Source of the DNA: a virus
Length of the DNA stretch: 64,000 bases
Strand: one strand, 5' to 3'
Virus record (IMG/VR): IMGVR_UViG_3300032086_003797
Span: 1 to 64,000 of that record
Below, in pieces: positions 58,461 to 64,000 of the stretch. Under the pieces are notes generated by a model. The model was not told the origin of the DNA. It saw only the letters and a list, made by a program, of their open reading frames with translations, and did no database searches. The stretch's first letter is position 1. Every line of letters begins with the position of its first letter. The position numbers and the translations under genes were made by a program.

Positions 58461-58481
58461 ATTTTATTGAAAGTTTAACTT

Positions 58482-58859
58482 ATGAGAGCAAGTGTAAGAG
58501 ATATTTTGAACCTGCTAAAGTTTGTAGGAGCTAGTGACGATGATAAGGTTGTCACCGCTGAAAAGCTTTTTGTAGCCAACAGGGTTCTTAATATAGCATA
58601 TGAGAAAATCGATAAAGGGCACATGGAGGTGGCAGACTTATCCCAGTATATCCAAGCCCTGATAGAGTACCGAGATGGGACGCTAGAATTTAATTTTGAA
58701 ATCGATGAACAGACAGGCGAAGATAAGGTATACTTTACACGCCAAGAGCAATCTATATACAGTAAGTACGCTGGTCAATTCAGGAACAGCAATCTTTATA
58801 ACGACTTGAAGTCAAGCAAAGGAAAATCTACACATGCCGAAGAAGACGAAGAAGAATAA
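58482..58859 (+). CDS. Hypothetical protein
   Basis: ORF directly upstream of the clpP-like gene. Confidence 0.55.
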   Translation: MRASVRDILNLLKFVGASDDDKVVTAEKLFVANRVLNIAYEKIDKGHMEVADLSQYIQALIEYRDGTLEFNFEIDEQTGEDKVYFTRQEQSIYSKYAGQFRNSNLYNDLKSSKGKSTHAEEDEEE

Positions 58860-59577
58860 GGAAGAGGTCGAAGTACTAATTCCAGAATCCGATGCAGAAC
58901 TTGATGCTGCTTTGGAAATTGTTTCAATTGAGGACATGACTGAGGAAGAGATCAGGGAGGTAGTCCCTACATTAGTAGAGGTGGCTACTGAGAAGAGGAC
59001 CCCACGAGCTATTAACTTCTGTGGTAGTCTTGACGAAGAGGCAGCCTCCGCTATCATTTCAGCTATGATCTATCACAACTATAACAATAGTCTTGTTATG
59101 ATCAACACCGAGAAGACAAAGCAATACATGGCTGTAAAGCCTATGCAATTCTATATCTCAACATTTGGTGGCAACGCCGCAGACATGTTTGGCATCCACG
59201 ACTTGATGTTGTCAATGAGGTCGTCAACACCTATTGAAACAGTAGGACTCGGAAAGGTTATGTCTGCTGGTGTTCTGCTGCTGGCTTCAGGTGCTGAAGG
59301 CTGTAGGTTCATTGGTAGGAACACAAGAGTCATGATCCACTCGCTTCGTGCAGGACATCACGGTGCCATGCACGAACTGGAGACTGAGTACGAAGAAACC
59401 AGGTGGCTACAGGATCAATACATTCAGGCTCTAGCTAGCGTAACTAACATGAATAAGAGAATGATCAAGAAGATGATGGAAAGGAAGACAAATGTTTATA
59501 TCAATGCTAAGCAGGCTATTGAATTTGGTATTGCCGATCGAATCCTCGATCAGTCCTACTGGGATGTCCCAGAGTAA
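58834..59577 (+). CDS. clpP: ClpP-like S14 protease
   Basis: YISTFGG, GKVMSAGVLLL, MIH, A..A.EFG.AD. Confidence 0.85.
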   Translation: MPKKTKKNKEEVEVLIPESDAELDAALEIVSIEDMTEEEIREVVPTLVEVATEKRTPRAINFCGSLDEEAASAIISAMIYHNYNNSLVMINTEKTKQYMAVKPMQFYISTFGGNAADMFGIHDLMLSMRSSTPIETVGLGKVMSAGVLLLASGAEGCRFIGRNTRVMIHSLRAGHHGAMHELETEYEETRWLQDQYIQALASVTNMNKRMIKKMMERKTNVYINAKQAIEFGIADRILDQSYWDVPE

Positions 59578-59593
59578 GGAAGAGGTAGAAACA

Positions 59594-60205
59594 ATGAGTT
59601 TGCGGGAAATTATAGCTGATAGAGAAGCCGTCATTGCAGCCTATGAGAAAAAGGGCTACATGTTTTTTGACGGCAATAAAGATTATAATGTTAACATCTT
59701 CGGCGTCAGGGTAGACAACCCAGACAGCAATCGCTTTGACGACTACCTGTGTGCTGTATACAGAGAAGGCGGAGAGTGGAAACACCACGTTTGGAATGCT
59801 ACCACGGACCCAGGAAAACACTGGCTAGAAAACCCACTAAGCCCTAAGGGCACGGCTATCCTTATTCCAGGGCAGTATCGCTCAACCTGGAAGCTTGCCA
59901 AGCACCAAGGCAAGTACGAGGCACTGTGCCAGAGGAAGCCAGTTAGAGTTTGGCGTGACAACAACAAGGATGATATCCTAGATTACGGCTGTGAAGAAAC
60001 CCAAGAGGGTCTATTTGGCATCAACATCCACAGAAGCAATCCAAGGACACAATCTTATCTAGTAGAGAAATGGTCAGCAGGCTGTCAAGTGTTCCAGAAG
60101 GTTGACGACTATAATCTCTTCATGGAGATATGTAATAAGTCTGCAAAGGCTTTTGGCAATTCATTTACATATACTCTGTTTGAAGAGCGGGATTTTGCTA
60201 GTTAG
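59594..60205 (+). CDS. Putative endolysin, L,D-transpeptidase (YkuD)-like
   Basis: NRFDD, TTDPG, GINIH...WSAGCQV His/Cys motif; GAGG RBS before ATG 59594. Confidence 0.5.
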   Translation: MSLREIIADREAVIAAYEKKGYMFFDGNKDYNVNIFGVRVDNPDSNRFDDYLCAVYREGGEWKHHVWNATTDPGKHWLENPLSPKGTAILIPGQYRSTWKLAKHQGKYEALCQRKPVRVWRDNNKDDILDYGCEETQEGLFGINIHRSNPRTQSYLVEKWSAGCQVFQKVDDYNLFMEICNKSAKAFGNSFTYTLFEERDFAS

Positions 60206-60239
60206 AAAACTATTTATACATTGAGGAGTACTTTTTACC

Positions 60240-60524
60240 ATGAACACATTTCAAATTACTAAAGCTAGGCTCAAGCAAATTATTAAGGAAGAGCAGCAAA
60301 AGCTCGATGAGGAGAGCCAGAGCTTGGAAGAAAAGTCAACTAAGAAGTATGACGACAACCCTAAGCTTAAAGGTGATCAAGATGAATTGCCCGACGGGCT
60401 CCAGAAAGCTATCATTGATAAAGAAGGCGGTGACGCCGATGAGGAAGAAGAAGAGAAGAACGAAAGTTTGGAACTTGAAGCTATGATCCGACAGGAAATA
60501 TTAGCAGCCTTAAACGGAGAATAA
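60240..60524 (+). CDS. MKITK-tag protein
   Basis: FQITKARLKQIIKEE; late motif ACTATTTAT at 60209-60217. Confidence 0.7.
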   Translation: MNTFQITKARLKQIIKEEQQKLDEESQSLEEKSTKKYDDNPKLKGDQDELPDGLQKAIIDKEGGDADEEEEEKNESLELEAMIRQEILAALNGE

Positions 60525-60525
60525 C

Positions 60526-62517
60526 ATGCCAGGGCACAATCCCTATCAATCTCTAGCGTCAGATCCTAACGTGGCGATGGAATACAAGAACAAGATCAAC
60601 CAATTGAACCAGCGACTAAACGTCAATGGATACAATTACGATCGTGACTTTGACGGCATGAACGATAAGCAGCGTTATATATTTACTATGGGGCTGTTTG
60701 TTAGCCCTGAGCAAGCCGACAGTATCGATGATTATGTTGAGTTTGGTCATGATAATTGTGACTGCCCTGATGTGGTAGACGACCTACGTCAAACTTGCCC
60801 CACCCTGATGGCTGGGATAAAAGATACCCAGCATAGTATGAGAGAGACGCAAACAAGAACCATAGAGATGGGGCTAGAATTTCTCATAGAGCAATGTATT
60901 GACGAGATTATTCAAGAAGGCAGGGGTGTGATGCACCCAGACACCGTTGGACTTAAGCTTACCAACAAGGAAGGTCAAGCGATTGAGACAGTCGGGCAAC
61001 AGTTTATTAAGATAGGCGAGCCCGAAACAATAACAAATCAAGCGCAACTCGCTCTAGCTGTTTATCAACTTATAGCCAAGCAAAATAAAATTCCTACTCC
61101 CAACGACTTGAAGTCAGCCCTGTCTAACAATAAGCTCAGTAAGCTTGTCCTGTATAGCAGCGCCGAGGGGCAAGAGGATAAATTGCCTACTAGGGTCAAG
61201 TCAGCCCAGATTCTCCTTGCGAAGGCAGACAAAGGGAAGGCTCTAGGAAAAGAGGTGTACGCTTTTATAAAATATGGCAGCGGGCAGACAAGCCCAGGAC
61301 CACCATGGCAGCAAACACAATTCCGACAGCAGACAGGCTTCGGCTCTAAAACCACACAGGCTGGGAAAGAGATTCAAGAAGTAGGTCCTAGTTTACTGGG
61401 CGGCAGTCGTGACCAGAAGATGGCTCTCAACTCTGTCCCAGGCTCACTTGACAAGTCCATATTGGACAAAATAGACACTGCTCTAGCAAGAAGCCTCCCT
61501 GCTTATCTCAAGGCAGCCGTGGCGGGGCAAGCCTTACCTGTTCTACAGTTCGAGTCAGAGGAAAACAGGGATCAATACTTGCCATCAATCTTTAAATACC
61601 TAAGCGAAGTCACGGGTCCAATATTCTTAGCCACAGGCAACAAGACATATTTGGGTAACGACGCCGTACTTGACAGCGCCCTAGAGAATCTACTCAAACC
61701 ACGAGGTGTCAACAACTGGACTGAAAGCGATGGCGTGTCATGGCCTATGTCTAAAAACGAAAAGCTAAAAGACAGCTATGTTCATTTTGGTGATAAGCAA
61801 GATATCATGGTTAGTTCAAAAGCTGGGAAAGGTGCTAACCCAAGTGTGGCAGAACTCTATGCAGAGTTGGCGGATATAGAACAGGAAGAGAAGCAACAAC
61901 TAATAGACCTGTACGGACCAGGCAACCCTTCAGGGATAAACTTGTATACTGGCAATATGGAAGACCCAGGCATTGTGGACATGATGGCTGACAAAAGATA
62001 TAGTTGGTGGGATTTAGTTATACGGATGCACGTTGAAATAGCAGGCGACTACAATCTGACAGGGGATCAATACAATCAGATTAGAGAGATGATGAAAGCT
62101 GAGAAAGCTAAAAGATGGCCTAGAGAGATGGCACCAGTAGCGGACAAAAATATAAAAGCCAAACTTGATAAGTTCAAGGCACTCTTCAAGCCCAACACAG
62201 ACAAGTCCGATTATAGCGAGGCGCTCCATATTATTGCTGGCATGGCAAAACTAGCACAGCAGGCGGTCAACAATGCGCAGGGTAAAGACGGAGAAAAGAT
62301 CTTTACAAACTTTGCTAAAGCGATGTATAATAGATTACCTTTAGTACAGATCTACGCAAAGAGGGGAGCTTATGTGGCAGATGGCGATACAGGCGTAAAG
62401 TCGGGACCATTAGATATCATCTACCCAGCTAAGTTTGATGGCGAGATCCGAGTTGACGGCGGCAAGAACTACTTTGCTACTGGCAACAAAGGCAAGATGA
62501 CCATTAAGATCCCATAG
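60526..62517 (+). CDS. Large hypothetical protein, possible PD-(D/E)XK-like nuclease domain
   Basis: 663-aa ORF; KD...VSSK motif. Confidence 0.55.
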   Translation: MPGHNPYQSLASDPNVAMEYKNKINQLNQRLNVNGYNYDRDFDGMNDKQRYIFTMGLFVSPEQADSIDDYVEFGHDNCDCPDVVDDLRQTCPTLMAGIKDTQHSMRETQTRTIEMGLEFLIEQCIDEIIQEGRGVMHPDTVGLKLTNKEGQAIETVGQQFIKIGEPETITNQAQLALAVYQLIAKQNKIPTPNDLKSALSNNKLSKLVLYSSAEGQEDKLPTRVKSAQILLAKADKGKALGKEVYAFIKYGSGQTSPGPPWQQTQFRQQTGFGSKTTQAGKEIQEVGPSLLGGSRDQKMALNSVPGSLDKSILDKIDTALARSLPAYLKAAVAGQALPVLQFESEENRDQYLPSIFKYLSEVTGPIFLATGNKTYLGNDAVLDSALENLLKPRGVNNWTESDGVSWPMSKNEKLKDSYVHFGDKQDIMVSSKAGKGANPSVAELYAELADIEQEEKQQLIDLYGPGNPSGINLYTGNMEDPGIVDMMADKRYSWWDLVIRMHVEIAGDYNLTGDQYNQIREMMKAEKAKRWPREMAPVADKNIKAKLDKFKALFKPNTDKSDYSEALHIIAGMAKLAQQAVNNAQGKDGEKIFTNFAKAMYNRLPLVQIYAKRGAYVADGDTGVKSGPLDIIYPAKFDGEIRVDGGKNYFATGNKGKMTIKIP

Positions 62518-62530
62518 AAAGTGAGGCTCG

Positions 62531-64000
<1,470 letters not shown>

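Overview
This 64-kb window is part of a large lytic T4-like myovirus genome, with almost all genes on the + strand and the standard genetic code. (1) 0.1-6.8 kb is an accessory/early region: a DUF523/TudS-like protein, a myxobacterial-style Cys-repeat lipoprotein, a tandem array of 18 tiny overlapping genes (most of them 'GDLV' SH3/KOW-like) and a DenV-like glycosylase. (2) 6.8-34 kb is the late virion module: possible lysis genes, terminase, portal, prohead protease, ribosomal protein bS21, scaffold, major capsid, neck, sheath, tube, tape measure and baseplate genes. (3) 34-53 kb covers replication and metabolism: a compact PolA, a degenerate tubulin/FtsZ-like protein, gp32-like SSB, FKBP PPIase, RecA/UvsX, a deaminase, a 5'-3' exonuclease, DnaB/gp41 helicase, NrdJ, GroES, a cell-envelope island (vWA lipoprotein, trypsin protease, bitopic protein, RseP) and DnaE. 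(4) 53-64 kb holds a late cluster of proteins sharing an MKITKxQLxxIIKEE tag, an IMPDH/GMPR-like enzyme, a sigma-4 HTH protein, ClpP, a putative endolysin, a Mom-like modifier and a partial GroEL. A CTATTTA(T/C) motif precedes the virion operons (putative late promoter), while sigma70-like promoters precede early/replication genes. The main candidate novelties are a modular capsid-targeting tag and cargo system, a micro-gene array with dual-coding junction repeats, a phage-encoded regulated intramembrane proteolysis cassette, and a probable +1 frameshift in the tail-chaperone region. The host is possibly Myxococcota (inferred). All family assignments come from motif recognition by eye; no database searches were run.
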